Positions 1 through 13,960 of a stretch of DNA of 64,000 bases are shown one piece after another. Source of the stretch: Girardia tigrina. Lineage: Eukaryota. The notes below the pieces were generated by a model. It was not told where the DNA came from, did not search any database, and was given only the letters and a program-made list of their open reading frames with translations. A program made the position numbers and the translations under genes. The stretch's first letter is position 1; each line of letters begins with the position of its first letter. The stretch lies in contig MQRK01249795.1 of NCBI GenBank assembly GCA_001938485.1, positions 4,672 through 68,671 of the forward strand, in the 5' to 3' direction.

Positions 1-603
1 ATGTTCTATATACGAGCGAACAAACTGTTGCCGAACACAAACAAAGAGACGTAAAAATCTCGGAAGAAATAAACCAATTAATGGGCGCAAGAAATACGGT
101 CCTCTTAAGGACCATAATTAACGATTGTGAGCTGGATTTTTGGGGCGCGTTCTTATGGGCCCGAACGTCGCTCAACAAAAATAATTCTCAAGTGAATAAT
201 TTTACAGATTTTTTAAGTTGGCAATATCGTAATTTAATAAAAAATAAGGATATTTATAAATAATTATAATTCATTACAATAACTATTTTAATTTAATTGT
301 AATGTTTTAGTCTCTACCAGATTTTTGGTCGATGTTGGCCCAAAGGATTTATCGAAAAATATCGAAATCCAAATTCAGGTAATTATTCTTTGACAAATAA
401 TTTTCTATTATTTCTCTGTAACATACATAAAAGACTTTGTTTTTTAAAGTTTTAATTTTTTTGATGCGGTGAATTTTATAATGACGATTTATTGATATGA
501 AATCAGAATTGTTGATGGGAATATAAATTCGTAAACAAAATTTCGCTTTATTCTCCACAAATTTAACTTTATTTCATAATTTTGAATTACAATCATATTT
601 CAG

Positions 604-733
604 AATAAAAGTAACTTTCCAATAAAAGCTGTCAGACCCACAAATGTGCTCGACCCGATCTCGGCATCAAGAGTTCCAAGTGCAAGTTATGAACCTTTGA
701 CAAGGCAAAGATACGAAAAACACACGTTTACAT
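604..733 (+). CDS. abLIM/UNC-115-like gene, internal exon A (5' part of gene lies outside the window)
   Basis: ttttcag acceptor, gtaaat donor. Translates NKSNFPIKAVRPTNVLDPISASRVPSASYEPLTRQRYEKHTFT, resembling the DPxxASRxPSAxxEP..RYE motif of invertebrate abLIM/UNC-115. Confidence 0.85.
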
Positions 734-789
734 GTAAATCTAAAGAAATTACTTTGTAGTTTTATTAATCTAGAATAATTTTTATTTAG

Positions 790-867
790 CTCCCTCAAGG
801 AACCTTACTCCCCAAGAAATTATAGAACCTATTTCTTCATCATTTAAAAGTATTACTACTGATAAAA
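790..867 (+). CDS. abLIM/UNC-115-like gene, exon B
   Basis: Follows a 56-nt GT-AG intron. The phase-1 join gives SPSRNLTPQEIIEPISSSFKSITTDK, completing the RYE..SPSR motif. Donor is gtaagc. Confidence 0.85.
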
Positions 868-1167
868 GTAAGCATTTTCTAGATTTCCCTTTAAGATAAT
901 TAATAGACCTTCTTTAAAAATAGATTTTTTATCTATACTTAGAAGTCCCATTTTGTCTTTTTAGAATAAATCTACAAAAGCTTCATTTTAAATAGCAAAT
1001 TAAGTCGCATCTAATTAAGTAGGCAACTGAATATTATTTACAAAAACAATTAAAATATGTATCAAATGATATGTTAAATTATTATTTATTTAATTAAAAC
1101 AACGATACATTATTTATATTTATTTCAGTGTTATTGTTAGGACGTCAGAGCTCTCATAATTATTTAA

Positions 1168-1408
1168 CCCTACAATGCGCCGTGATTCATATTTGAATCA
1201 ACCATATTTTACCTCAATATCTTTTAATCACGTGATATTCTTTGAGTGTTTACATACTGTGAACCAAAAACATTGTCTATGGAATGATAATTGCCCATAA
1301 AGTCATAGATGCAATATATTTTGTCAACAAAAATGACAGTTCAGTTTGTAATACTGGCCGGGTTAGGGTTGTAATACTGGATAATTAAAAAAAATGCGCA
1401 TTGTAGGG
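1168..1408. mobile_element. piggyBac-type MITE
   Basis: TTAA on both sides; 13-bp perfect TIR CCCTACAATGCGC / GCGCATTGTAGGG. Confidence 0.9.
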
Positions 1409-1912
1409 TTAAATATAATTAAAACTTGTGAAGTGCAAATAAAAATGTTATTTTAAAAAAATGTAAAATGCAAACTTTAAAAAGTAAGAAAACAAAATCG
1501 AATCTTACAAATATAAAACCTAAATTATTAAAAAAAAATTTAAAAACATAAAGTGCAAATATAAAATTAGAATTTCTGGGAAAACGAATTTTAAAATATT
1601 CATGATTATATTACAGTATATTTATTTATAAGGGTCTGTGTAAAGAAAATATGATCCTTTATACTTTGTTGGATAAAAGCAGATTTTGTGAAAGAAATAA
1701 TTTTTCGTAGTTATGGCAATTTATAATTTGAATTTAAACTTAAATATGGTCTTAGGGGTCATTATTCATTGTTATCAAGATTAAATATTAGATAAAGGAT
1801 AAAGATAAAGATATGGTATAGTGGAAGACTTAACTAAGACTTTTGCTTCAAAATTTTAGTTATAACAAAATTTTAGTCAGAAATTATACTCTCTAAATTA
1901 ATTACAATAATA

Positions 1913-3580
1913 ATAGGTCGTCAAATATCTTATTTGTAGAACTAAAGTAAAAAATTATTGATAATTTACCGATACAAATATTTATGTAATTCATGAAAAT
2001 ATTTACCCTTATTATCGACTCACTTTTAAGCAGTAGCTTGTGTAGGCAATTTGAATAAAAATTATTTTGGCGGGAATCTATAAATTCCTGTATTATGAAC
2101 ACTAATTTGACTTTCAATATTTTTATTAGTATTACAAGTTAGATTGTCCTTAGGAGAAGGCTTTCATATGTTTAGATCTTCTAAATAACTAGTGACTTTA
2201 ATTATATTATCTAAGTAAAGGGAAATTAAATAGCCTGTAAAAATAGTTCCTACAAATTTTATAAGTTTAAATTAAAATAACTATTATTTATTTAAAAAAT
2301 ATTATTTCAATTTATTGATGTAATAATTGTAAATTAAATTAATAAACAATTTGAAATTATAAAGTCATTTCAAATTAGAAATACATTTAAACATTATATT
2401 CTTTCAGATAACAATAATTAAAATATTAATCAGCCATCTAGGTAGTAGAGACAATTTCAAATCAACAAACAACAATTAAGCACAAAACATCAAACATTCC
2501 GAATAATCCTCATATCCTGGAAGGCCATATTTACAACATCTTTGAAATTGAATTTTTTCCATTAAAATGTAGTTCAAATTAAGGAAGAAATGATAATCAG
2601 TTGGTGTTAAGTATTGAAAATATGAATAATGATGCATAAGTTTCAATTCAAGTTCCTGTAGTTTTGTCACTGTCCTAAGGTTAGCATTGGGTTTTGCATT
2701 GTCGTCGAACAATATGGGACTCGACCTGTTTACCAAACGCAACTGTTTTTCTTTAAGTTTCTGCAATTTATCTTCCAATCTGTTGCAGTAGAAATCTGAT
2801 GTGATTAGAAAAACAACAATTAAGCACAAAACATCAAACATTCCGAATAATCCTCATATCCTGGAAGGCCATATTNNNNNNNNNNNNNNNNNNNNNNNNN
2901 NNNNNNNNNNNNNNNNNNNNNNNNNGCATTGTCGTCGAACAATATGGGACTCGACCTGTTTACCAAACGCAACTGTTTTTCTTTATGTTTCTGCAATTTA
3001 TCTTCCAATCTGTTGCAGTAGAAATCTGATGTGATTAGAAAAACCAAGTTTCATGAAGTCATAATGGATTTCATCTGCGGCAGACAATTAAACAATCACC
3101 TTCAGCTTCTTTTGATGAATGTTGTGCTTTGAACTGTAATTTAGTTCTTCATTTGTGTCCACTCAGCTTGGTAAACGTTTGCAATTATCATATTGAATCA
3201 ACTTTTCATCACAAGTGACCATTCGATTCAAAAGATGATCACACTTATAATGAAAAAAGCATTTAAACGTTTATGTTTCTTACTTCTTTTAATTCAACTC
3301 ATGTGGAATCCATTTATCCAAATGTTTCACTTAACTAATTTAAGACAGATGATTCAATATTATTTGTTTTGTTACTACGAACGTTGGCGAAAAAGGATGA
3401 GTACTTTGTGATGCATACGACTCCAAGGTTACTTTCAGTTCGTCATTGACTCTCTGCATTTCTGGGCGAGCTTGAGACTCATTGTTGAGGTAAGAACTAC
3501 CTTTTTTTAATTTTCTGAACCAATTTGAAACAGTCTGCTGCGTATTAGCATTGTATCTGAATACAATATTGATGTTTTAA
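1913..3580 (-). mobile_element. Degenerate mariner transposon, interrupted by a solo LTR and an assembly gap
   Basis: Minus-strand remnants WIPHEL, VTCDEK, DDNAKP, PTDYHFF and QEFIDSR. The 3' TIR at ~1913-1945 matches the TIR of the 12715-13960 element. Confidence 0.85.
2091..2514 (-). mobile_element. Solo LTR (short TGTGAGG family)
   Basis: 5-bp TSD TCCTG (2086-2090 / 2515-2519). It splits the mariner coding sequence, starts TATGAGG on the minus strand and carries the family core box. Confidence 0.8.
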
Positions 3581-4964
3581 TATGATATTGTAAATAATTA
3601 TTAAAAAATGAATTTTTTATGACTTTTTTTAATGGTGAATTCTATTAACATTGAACAGTTTAACTCACCATTTAATATTCCTTTTTGTAAATGTAATATT
3701 TAAATGTTTCCCAATCAACTTTCTTTACATTCAAATGCTTTAAAATTTAAAATGTTACTAAAATAATTTTAGGAAATAATAATGAAATAAAACATTTTTA
3801 TAAAAGTTATTAAAAATCATAGCAAATCAAATTTGATAATTGTAGACAATTTAAAATATTTAAAAATTATTTTATTCCTTTTATTCTCTATAAAATTTTA
3901 GAAACAAATTTTTCATTATTAAAATTAAAAATTATTTCTTTTCAATTTGAAAAAAAATAAATAAAGATATTCTTTGCTTATTTATTATTTATCAAAGCAA
4001 ATATTGAGTATCAAATCGACCATTGTTAGAAATTCTTCTTTTCAACAGTCTCCCTTAGATGATCATTACAACATGAAATAATTTATCAAAATTTCTGAAT
4101 AATTAATTGCAACACTAATTTTTATTTTAGAAAATAAATTTCGATAAAATTTTATTTTTTAGAAATTCTACAAAAACAAAAAATAATATTGTTATTAAAA
4201 TATTATAATATATAATAATATAATAATATATAAATATTATAATATAATAATATATAAATTATAATTTAGAATGTTAATATGATTGAAATTTGTGAAAGGT
4301 TTTAAATAATGATTAAAATTATTTTAAAAAATTGTTAAATTAAAAAAAATACATTAAACATGCTGTTAAAAAAACTTTTTAGAAAAAAAGAATGTATTAG
4401 GTGTATATCAGTTTTTTTATGATTATGCCAGAGGTGACATAAATTGTGCATTAAACATTCCTCTACAATGAACATACAGTAGTCTAAAGTGTGGAAATTC
4501 CTCATTAAAATTTTATATGTCATTCATAATTAAATCTAGAAATAAATTAAATAATCGTGAAAACGTAAACAACTTTTAAAGTGCTAGTCGATAGTGCACA
4601 TTGTACCGTACATTTCTAATGTGCTAGCACAGTGCTTTTCAAGCTGCACATGTGCAAAAGTGTCAAAATCAATACATAACATTTTTTGAAAGTGCCAGTG
4701 CCAAAATTCGATAACAAGTTTTTGATGCATATTTTAATTCTCTATCTGAATATGCAAATAAAAATTTCATATATTGATTACTTTTCCCTATAATTAGCAT
4801 AATATGTAAATTTACACAGAAAACACATCGTTTTTAGAGGTAAAAGGAAGCAGAATTTTAAAAAAAAGTGCTGATGCACTTGAATAGTAACCAATATACG
4901 TAAATTCAGATTACATATCAATATTTTCAAAAAAGTTCTTAAAAATCGTGTGGCAAAATTTCGA

Positions 4965-5210
4965 TCCCTTGTCTTGTTGTAGAAGAACTCTGTTGCAATT
5001 GACCAATACCGGGTAACACTCTTAAAGAATGACGTCGACTCTGTCCAGCTGCTGAGTATAGAAGTTAGCATTATATACTTTACATAAAAAAAGAATACAT
5101 AACTTTTTACATAATTCAAAATATATCCTGTAAATAAACTCCAATTTCCTTGAGTTTACACTCGAATCTCGTTTACTGTCTTTCTACATATATTGAAGAG
5201 AACTGACAAA
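4965..5210 (-). mobile_element. Mariner transposase fragment
   Basis: Minus strand FYTQQLDRVDVIL*ECYPVLVNCNRVLLQQD aligns to LYCTQLDRIYAALVEKYPALINRKRVLLQQ of the 36993 transposase. Confidence 0.7.
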
Positions 5211-6759
5211 AAGGTAAAGATAAAAATGTTTCTGAAGATATAAAGGTATAGATAAAAATTATCGGGAATATGCTTCATAATCAATTTATATCCAAACAAG
5301 TCTTTTTTTTCATTTTGTTGAGATTATATATATATATATATTCTACAAATATTGAGAATATAATCCATATTTTAAAAAATAACACAATAATTATTGATAC
5401 CCCAAAGTATACCGCGACAAATTTAATTAATTTTGAATGTTTTATTTACATTGATGAATTTAATTTAGATTATTATTATTATTTTGTGTAATTTAAACTA
5501 TTTTGCCTTTAAATATATAATCATTATTTTTCATGCTAGTCGTTCACTCCCCACGGATTTAAATATATATATGTTTAAAATTTAGCTAAACAAAAGTCAT
5601 TAAATTTTTGTTCTGCTTTTGATATGTATTTGTCTGATTTTTCCTAAGAGATCATTCATTATAAAATATTTAAACCAAACCAATAAACTTTAGGGTTTAG
5701 AAACAAAATATTAAGATTAAACAAAATTATTTTAATATTATTTTTAAATTATTTATTTTCATCGAATTTGTATGATTCAACTATTAAAATAATATTTATT
5801 AATTGTAATTATACGTAAATTAATATAATTATTTTTGTGTAAAAATTATTGTACATCTCATTGTTCAATTTCGTTTGAATTAATTAACCAAAAACTTTAC
5901 ATTTTTCAAATTATATTTTTCCCAATTGTTTTAAGCCAATTGTTTTAGATTTATTTTAGGTAAATTTTAATTATAAATGCATTTCTTTTCACTATTAACT
6001 AATTCATTTATTAAAATTGATTGTATAAATATTTTATTTTAATATAAAAATTAATTTTAACACAAAAAATATTTACAATATTAAACCCTTTTTGAAGATC
6101 TTCCGATAGCATTCTGATGAAACATTGATTTTGTCTGTTTAAATAAATTGTGAAAAAGAAACAAAAGAAATTACAAAGGTATTTTATTTTAAATCAATTT
6201 ATATTTTTTAATTAAGCGGGAAATATATATATATATAATTTTTTTTTCGTGTTAATAGGATATCAATATTCATTAAAAGGAATTTCATTTTTTATCAAAT
6301 TTTATTATACATTTTGCATCGAAATTCTGTTTAACAGTTTTGATATTGAGATCATAATTAAAATAAGTTTTTGAGTATACTAAACACAATGTTTTGTGAG
6401 TGGATTATATGTATGATTGTTTTATATTATTTTATATTTATTAAGAACACCAATATGACTTAATATTTTATTAATACAAAAAGTTTGATTGTCCTGAGGA
6501 CAATCATTGTCAAAACCTTCGTACAATTGCACCCGTCTAATTAATTAATGACTTAAATCTTATTAACTGAGCAAATGGAGATTTATATAAATTGTTAAAA
6601 TATTTTCTCCAAATTTTATTTGTTAAAAATTAAAACGATTATTTGTTATTTTAAAAATATTAATTTAATTTATTTATTTATTTATTGTAAATAAAATTAA
6701 TAACCGTATTTTAAAGTTTACAATTATTTTAAATTAGAAATAAATTTAAACATAATATA

Positions 6760-6876
6760 TTTTCAGATAATAAGAATTAAAATATTAAGCATCTATCTGG
6801 GTAGGAGAGTCACAATTCCAAAATCAACATACAATATTCACTCATAAAACATCAAACATTTAAAATATTCCTCACA
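6760..6876 (-). mobile_element. 5' end of a short-family LTR (other boundary unresolved)
   Basis: TGTGAGGAATATT terminus at 6876 and core box CTCTCCTACCCAGATAG. No matching TSD found. Confidence 0.65.
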
Positions 6877-7591
6877 ATATCATTTTAATATTATTTCAAA
6901 AATTTTCAGTAACATTTCTGAATTCCTAACAATAATCTTTAAAATTATTATTTAAACGAGAATATAAAATAGGAATATTTAAATATTTATTAATTGCCAA
7001 CTTTATCAACGAAATTTTTCAGACTATTTAAAAAGCCATATTTTCAAAGAAGGATAATTTAATATTATATTTAATTATAAATTTATAGATCAAATTTATT
7101 CTCAATATTTTCCACAAGAATGATAATGATACTTAAATATATTATCTGGATTAATCAAAATAAGAACGGTTACAAATATCCATCAATCAGGCTTTCATGA
7201 GTTTGGGAGTTTCTGATACTTTACTCAATTAGAAAATTAGAAACGAAAATAATATTTCAATTTATTTATTTGTCAAAATTTTGAAGTTATCTTTTTATGA
7301 AATAACGAAATTACAAATACGAATAATGAAACTGAAATCTTTTTTTTTATAATTCTTGGGATATTCCTTCTTTCAAAATGCCCTTCAGAATTATTTATAT
7401 ATTTCCTTTTATAATACAAATTTCTGAGAATTTAGATTGTCATATTTAATTTTATTTTGATTTCTAAATTTTTCTACTGTTGAATTTTGTAAGAAATATA
7501 AAATAAATTTTAGAAATTTTTCCTCTTGGGAATAAAGAATTTTCAATAAAATATTTATTCTGGTTTTATGACAATAATTGAATATATTTAG

Positions 7592-7773
7592 GTAAAGAAA
7601 ATTCCAGTGTTTTGAGTCTAAGACCTCAGTTGATAACGACCTATAAACCCAATGTTGCCGTTACCAGATCTCAAGTTATCGGAAGTAAATCTCAAGATCA
7701 AGATTACATATCAGTTCAAAGTTTTCTTAGAAGTTTTTCAAAAGAAAAACTCTCTGAAGATCGAAAGGCAAAG
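7592..7773 (+). CDS. abLIM/UNC-115-like gene, exon C
   Basis: tttag acceptor, gtaaaa donor. 182 nt open in the phase (1 to 0) needed to join exons B and D: SKENSSVLSLRPQLITTYKPN...SEDRKAK. Confidence 0.7.
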
Positions 7774-8259
7774 GTAAAAAAATGATAATTTACCAAATTT
7801 AATTTTCTTCACAAAACTATGAAAAGGTTTTCTCAGTAATTTATATTGCTTTGCGGTTTAATATGGGTATAGTAAAGAACATCTGACGTAAAGAATAAAC
7901 GTGCTAATACCGACTGACCTCAACAAGCTATATATTTTTATAGCGTTATTCCGAACTAGAAAACTTGTGATTACAGAATATAAAACTTTGATTATAAAAT
8001 ATTTAACTTTTTATAAATACCGGTGTTTCACGATAAATTTCTGAACGTTAGTGTTCATAAAATCTAAATTATATTATATAAAAAAGTTTATTTATTTTTA
8101 AAGAAAATGTTTTATTTTTTGGATGAAATAATGAAAAATGTTTTTGCTTTAATGTTTTTAAATGCGGTGAAAAGTTTTGATTTGAAATTAAAAATTAAAT
8201 TGTTTTTTTAAACAATTTTAACCGAGATAAATAGGAAAAAAGGCATAAATTGAAACACA

Positions 8260-8572
8260 AGAGAAATTGTTCATTTGCTAGCTAGTCAATGTGGCGATCA
8301 AATTGGATCAGAATTTTGGGAAGTGATGTCGGGCGAAAGTGGGATCGATCCAACTGACATGTATCACGGAGATCCCGATCAGCAATTGGAGCGATCAATG
8401 TTTGCTGCAATGAAGCCACTAGGAGAGAGTGTGTTCTACAAGCATTATTAGTGGATTTAGAGCCGGGCAAGATGGGACCATTCGGACAGATATTTCGACC
8501 ATACATTTTCATTTTCGGACAAAGTAGAGCAGGAAACAAATGGGCGAAGGGTCACTACAACGAAGGCGCCGA
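8260..8572 (+). pseudogene. Beta-tubulin 5' fragment (probable processed pseudogene) inside an abLIM intron
   Basis: [34 protein letters not shown] [frameshift] [12 protein letters not shown] [deletion] [28 protein letters not shown]. No start codon and no introns. Confidence 0.92.
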
Positions 8573-9309
8573 CGATGATCTAGTCTCGTGTGAGTTGGCC
8601 ATGTATGAGATAAAATTAAATTATTTATCCCAACCCCGAGATCGCCCCACTACTACTGGTGTCATGACCGTGCTGCGCTCAACCGGATATATATTACATT
8701 AAAAGATTTACACACAAAAATTTGTAATTAAATAAATATTTTATCAGGTATTTATAACAAAAAGTAAGAGGTTTTATGATCAAATGTTATATATTTCGTA
8801 ATCAAAAGTTTTATATAATGGAATAAAACTATCATTGTTTATAGAAAAGTTTTAAACAATAAATAATAATAAAAATCTTTTTCTGAATGTAAAATCAAAA
8901 TGGGATGAATATTTCATCGACTGTAGTAAATTCAATAAAAACTGTTTTGTATTGTCATGTCTAATAAACATTTATAAACAAATGAACCTCGTATGACGTT
9001 GTCCAGATGTACGTAGTTTCGATCAAACATCTTCCAGAAAACCGATTTTTTCCATATTATTATTGTTTAATAAAATCAGTTTGTTTTTAAATTAAAATCT
9101 TTTTAATTTAAAATTATTCAAACTTCAACATACTTAACGTTTTCGAAATTATATTTTGTTCTTACTCAGGCATCTGCAACAAGTCGAATTCGGAATGTGT
9201 TACTTCTGTTATAATGTTGCATCAGATATAACAATAAGTTTCTGCATACGTTTACTAGAGTGACCAGATCTCCGGTTTGGCCCGGAGCTTTTTTTATACA
9301 AAAATGGTT

Positions 9310-9560
9310 GTATATTTGAATATCGATCCGGCTCTTAGACACAAACCATTTAGCTTCGCGATCCATTTTGATTTTCAAAATTGGCTTTTCTGTTAGCAGA
9401 GCATACCTGACAATATGTGCAACTGCGTTATGTCTTGCTTGTATCAGAGTGCAGTTGCTTTTCCAGTAAGTCTACCATGTTTATACTCTCCGCTTTAACG
9501 ACAGTGGCAACTGCAGTAGATTGACGTTTAATTTGACTTAAAAGGATGCCACAACAGTGT
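9310..9560 (-). mobile_element. Fragment of a non-LTR retrotransposon with a restriction-like endonuclease (R2/R4/NeSL-type)
   Basis: Cys/His remnant followed by CTLIQARHNAVAHIVRYALL..SRIDIQI, matching the RHN and R(P)D motifs of the RLE domain. It abuts a hAT-like end TAGAGTGACCAGA at ~9256. Confidence 0.55.
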
Positions 9561-9772
9561 CACTAACAAAAATTACGTGTTCGACTCATCCAATGAGGGA
9601 AAGCGCGAAAGTCAACCTAGACGATGTGCAAGGCATAGGTCATCGTTCCGAGACGCAGACCCACATGACTAATTTATTCTTATATTTTGTAATTATATTT
9701 TTTAATAAAGTTTAGGACTGCATTAATTTATAAAAAATATTTAAAATAATAAAAAATATGAGGTTTATAACT

Positions 9773-9774
<2 letters not shown>

Positions 9775-9817
<43 letters not shown>
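9775..9817. repeat. (AAT)n microsatellite
   Basis: Direct reading. Confidence 0.95.
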
Positions 9818-9821
<4 letters not shown>

Positions 9822-11872
9822 TAATACCAGATGGTACATTTAATTATCGACCTATTGGTTTTGCGTGAGAAACAGGATCTATAGCCGAAAACGTATTTCC
9901 TAAAACTCTGTGAATAGTAGCATTTGCATCCTTTGTCATTTTCGAAGTGTTTCGGCGTTTTATTTGAGGAACTACTAACACAGTGTTTCAGCACATCATA
10001 ATATTCTCCATGAGACGATCTCCTCAGAAGTAATGAATTTCCGGCTAATAGATCAATCAGCAAAAGGAAACTTCAAATGTGCCTTCGCTGGGTGCTCCAA
10101 GTCCACAGGATCAGTCAAATTTACAAAAACTGCCAGCATACGGGCCCATGAGGATGCGGTACCCATTTGTTGCTATGCGAAAACAAATCGATTATTCTTG
10201 CCCTAACGAGGGCGTTTTACGAGCCAATTATTGTATTAGTTTCACAAATTTTAGAGATCTCCTGTATGGTTTCGAAACAAGAACGTGTCGGATAAATTGA
10301 ACCAAGAGATGAGGGGAACGATTTATTCAATCTTGACATTATTTTAACGCTTACGTATAATACAGTTACAGTAATTCCAAGAAGATCTTCAAAATCATTT
10401 TTACTGATTTAAGACATAAAATTTCTTGGTTACAATTATTATAGCGTCAAAAGATATTTTATTCAAATTTTAAAATTACATTTTCTTTTTTTAAAAATAT
10501 ATTAATAAATCAATTTTAGTTATTGATACACCGAGTTTTTTAACATTTTCCTCTTGAATATTGTTAAATTTGAGTTTCAAGAAACAAATCTTTTTTTATA
10601 ATCTCAAATATTAATAAATAATCGATAAATCAATAAATATAAATAATTTAATTAATCAAAATTTTCAAAATTGTAACTCTTTTTGGAAATATAAATTTAA
10701 TGAAATATGAAATGAAATTATAAACTTTCTTGAAATATTTATGAAATTTATTTTTAACTTATTTTGAAAAATAATTAAAAATTTGAAGTACTTCATAGCA
10801 ATGTCGATTTAGGTTATAATGAATGTTACGTTCCTAAATTATGCTTCCTTACAGTTTTAGAAGGACAAATTGTTTTAAAAAAATAATAAATATGTAATTA
10901 TAAGTTTTTAAGTAAATGAAAATCATTTTTAAGAATAATTCGAGTTTATTTGGTAAAAAATAGTTCTGACGATCCATCTGAGGACTCTTCGGTATAATCA
11001 TCCTTCAAAAATTAATTGAACCGACTGTCGACATCAATAATGAAAATACTGACAATAAATTGTCGAAACACTTGCTAAATTCAGACGGGTATTAGCACCA
11101 CTCACACTGAATTGGAATTTTTCCTAGGAAAGGTCGTTCATTCAAAACTCCCGCGTTACCGTTGGTAAAACCAGCAAATTATTATCGAGTAAATTCATTC
11201 GAAAAGCTCAAAGTCAATCAACCCTACAGAATAACGAACATATATTCCAATAGTGATATAAATAATTCTTCGAATAATTATATTATCGAACATCATAAAA
11301 ACGTTATAAGAAATCTGTTTTTACAATTCTGTTTCAATTATTGCTAAACGCTATTGCTAAGCTTGAAGTTTTGATCAAAGAAGGTCAAATCGAGAAGGTT
11401 TAGTTTAAATCAAGAAGGTCTAATACTATTCTTAAATTAATTTAGATATTGTGTATAAACATTAATTAATCTTCGTTTAATTATAAAATGGATCAATTTC
11501 ATCAATAAAATAATTAATTAATAAGTCCTTTTAGACGATTAAACAAAGAAATAAAACTAATTGCGAATTGATTGTTTAATATTTAATATATGAACTTATA
11601 TGACTATACCAATACAATAACTAGTTAAATGTTGGAATGTCAATGGGTAAATATTGGTCATTTAAGTTCATTGGGAATAAAATTATGGTTCTTTCCCGTG
11701 CCTTTGGTTTTCACTGTCCGATAATTATTCAGGGATAACAACTTATTTCAAATATTAGAATAATTACTTTCATTATACCACAGAAGAATTTTTTATGTAT
11801 TGCAAGATTCTAAAAAACAAATAATGCAGATTGTAAGACAATTTTAGAGATAAATTTACTAAATTGGGTTAA

Positions 11873-12094
11873 CCCATTAACGCCGAACGGGAACATTCGT
11901 GCCCAGCTAATAAAAATGGCTGTAAAAGTAAAGACATTGCATTTAGCTATGTTTCGTTGATAAGGTGTGTACTCTGAAGGTTCAGAACACATACGGAACA
12001 TGTTTTGTTTCTCTGTCACCAGGCATGCATGCGCAGTAACCGACTGACCTTGACCAAGAAAGGAGTGTATTACATAATTCTCGGCATTAATGGG
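11873..12094. mobile_element. piggyBac-type MITE
   Basis: TTAA flanks; TIR CCCATTAACGCCGA / TCGGCATTAATGGG (1 mismatch). Confidence 0.88.
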
Positions 12095-12714
12095 TTAAGT
12101 AGTATCATACATTAAAAACCTTATATATATATATATATAAGCTGTTTGTTCGAAGTTTTTTGTCTTTGAAAAAATAAACGTTTTCAAAAAAATGTTTTAG
12201 GTTTTGTTTTCGTAGATAATAAAAGATTAATTGTTTACTAGAATGAGAAGTAATGTATAGTATTTGTATCTTATACATAAACCCGCAAGATAAAAGCCGC
12301 CTAGAACAAAACCAAGTAAGACAATATTTAATAAATATTATCATTTTATTATTAATAGTATTATAAATATACATATTATCTAGAGAAAAAATACAACAAA
12401 CCAACCCACTGGGCAATCTCTAGTTTTATAAAATCTATTTTTATACAAAGTACTTTCCCCTAAATTGGCATAACTCTCTTATTGTCATAAGCCAGTTAAC
12501 TGGCTCTGTGTTTCCGTGCGCGCGAGTTAAAATTAGCGAGTTAACTCGCTTTACTTAAGCATTTTTTGCTAGCTAAGATTGAATGTATAACAAAAATAGT
12601 TTAAATCGATTTTTTCTTGAAAATTCACGACCTATAGTACACGACCATACTAAAATCTCGCCTCTTCTAAAAGGTTAAATGTGTTTTTATTTTGTGAGAA
12701 ATTGTAAATTATTT

Positions 12715-13960
12715 ATAAGTTGTCAAGTATGAAATTTGTAGGCATGATTCAAATAGTTTTAATTTGACAATGACTTAGCATTTTGTTGCTCAGTTTTTTT
12801 TGTTTGATTGCTATATGTGTTGGCTATTAAACACAGCAACAAAAATTAATAAAAACTATTGATAACTTGTTCTTTCAAACTATTAAAATAATTATGAAGT
12901 ACGAGTTCCTATGTGAAACCTCAGAATCAGAAACCAAGTGAAATAGCATTATTGTATGTGGATACCATTCTACTATGTAAAGTGTTTAAAAAAATCGTGA
13001 TAGGTAATTTTAAGCTCAACCTCAGGGTCAGCGAGAACATAGGTAGACAATTAGAGACTAAAGGTAACCAAAAAATCGCATCCATTACAAATACTCATGA
13101 TTTATTGCTAACGTTTATTGTTACAAAGCAAGCAATATTGATTCACTTGCCTGTAATCGATGAAGTGAAACTGTTGGATAAGTGTTTTGCACATGAGTTG
13201 AATAAAAAGCAGAAAAAAAGCGTTTGAATACTTGCTTGATGATGCTTACTCGTTATAAATTTTATCACTTTTCGAATAGAATTTTTACTTGTGATGAAAG
13301 TTTAGTAAGGAAGGTCAACACGAATAAAAAATACCAAAACACAATCCAAAGCACAACACTCATCAAAAAAACTGATAGTGAGTGTTGTGTGGTCTGTCGC
13401 AGATGTAATTCTTTATTACTTCATGAAACCTGATTTGTAGATCACAGCATATGTATACTGAAATCATTTGGAAGATATGATACGAAAGCAGAAAGAAAAA
13501 CAACCACTTTTACTAAATATTACGACTCCCATGTTGCTATAAATCACATATACACTTAAAAACGTCTGCATCATCCTCTATACTCACCACACCTAGCCCC
13601 TAACTAGCATTTCTTTCTCAATTTTAATTAATTTTTGATAGGAAAAAGTTCGATTCTGAAGTAACCTTAAAAATGGCTTTCCAGGAATTTAGAGATTCTT
13701 GTTTATCAAATTTTTATTCAAATGACCTATAAAAGGTGCATCTCACATGCAAAATTGTGTCGATAATATGGATGCATACTTTGATGAATGACGTACATGT
13801 ATGTAAAATTTTAAATTGTAATAAATGTTATTTTTCTGTTGTATATTCATTTTTTGAACTTTATGTCATTTTGTTCTCAAATAGCTGCCGCACCCTGTAT
13901 TTATTTTGGTAAATTAAACTTTTGACTTTAGTTCTACAAATTTCATACTTGGCGACCTAA
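12715..13960 (+). mobile_element. Degenerate full-length mariner transposon
   Basis: Imperfect ~28-bp TIRs (..CAAGTATGAAATTTGTAG / CTACAAATTTCATACTTG..). Remnants CFAHEL, FTCDE and HHPLYSPHLAP, with many stops and frameshifts. Confidence 0.85.

Noticed and set aside
9750-10370. Further long solo LTR candidates (also ~38800-39600 and ~61440-62100)
   Set aside because: LTR-like composition and microsatellite tails, but I could not find matching TSDs, so they are not called.
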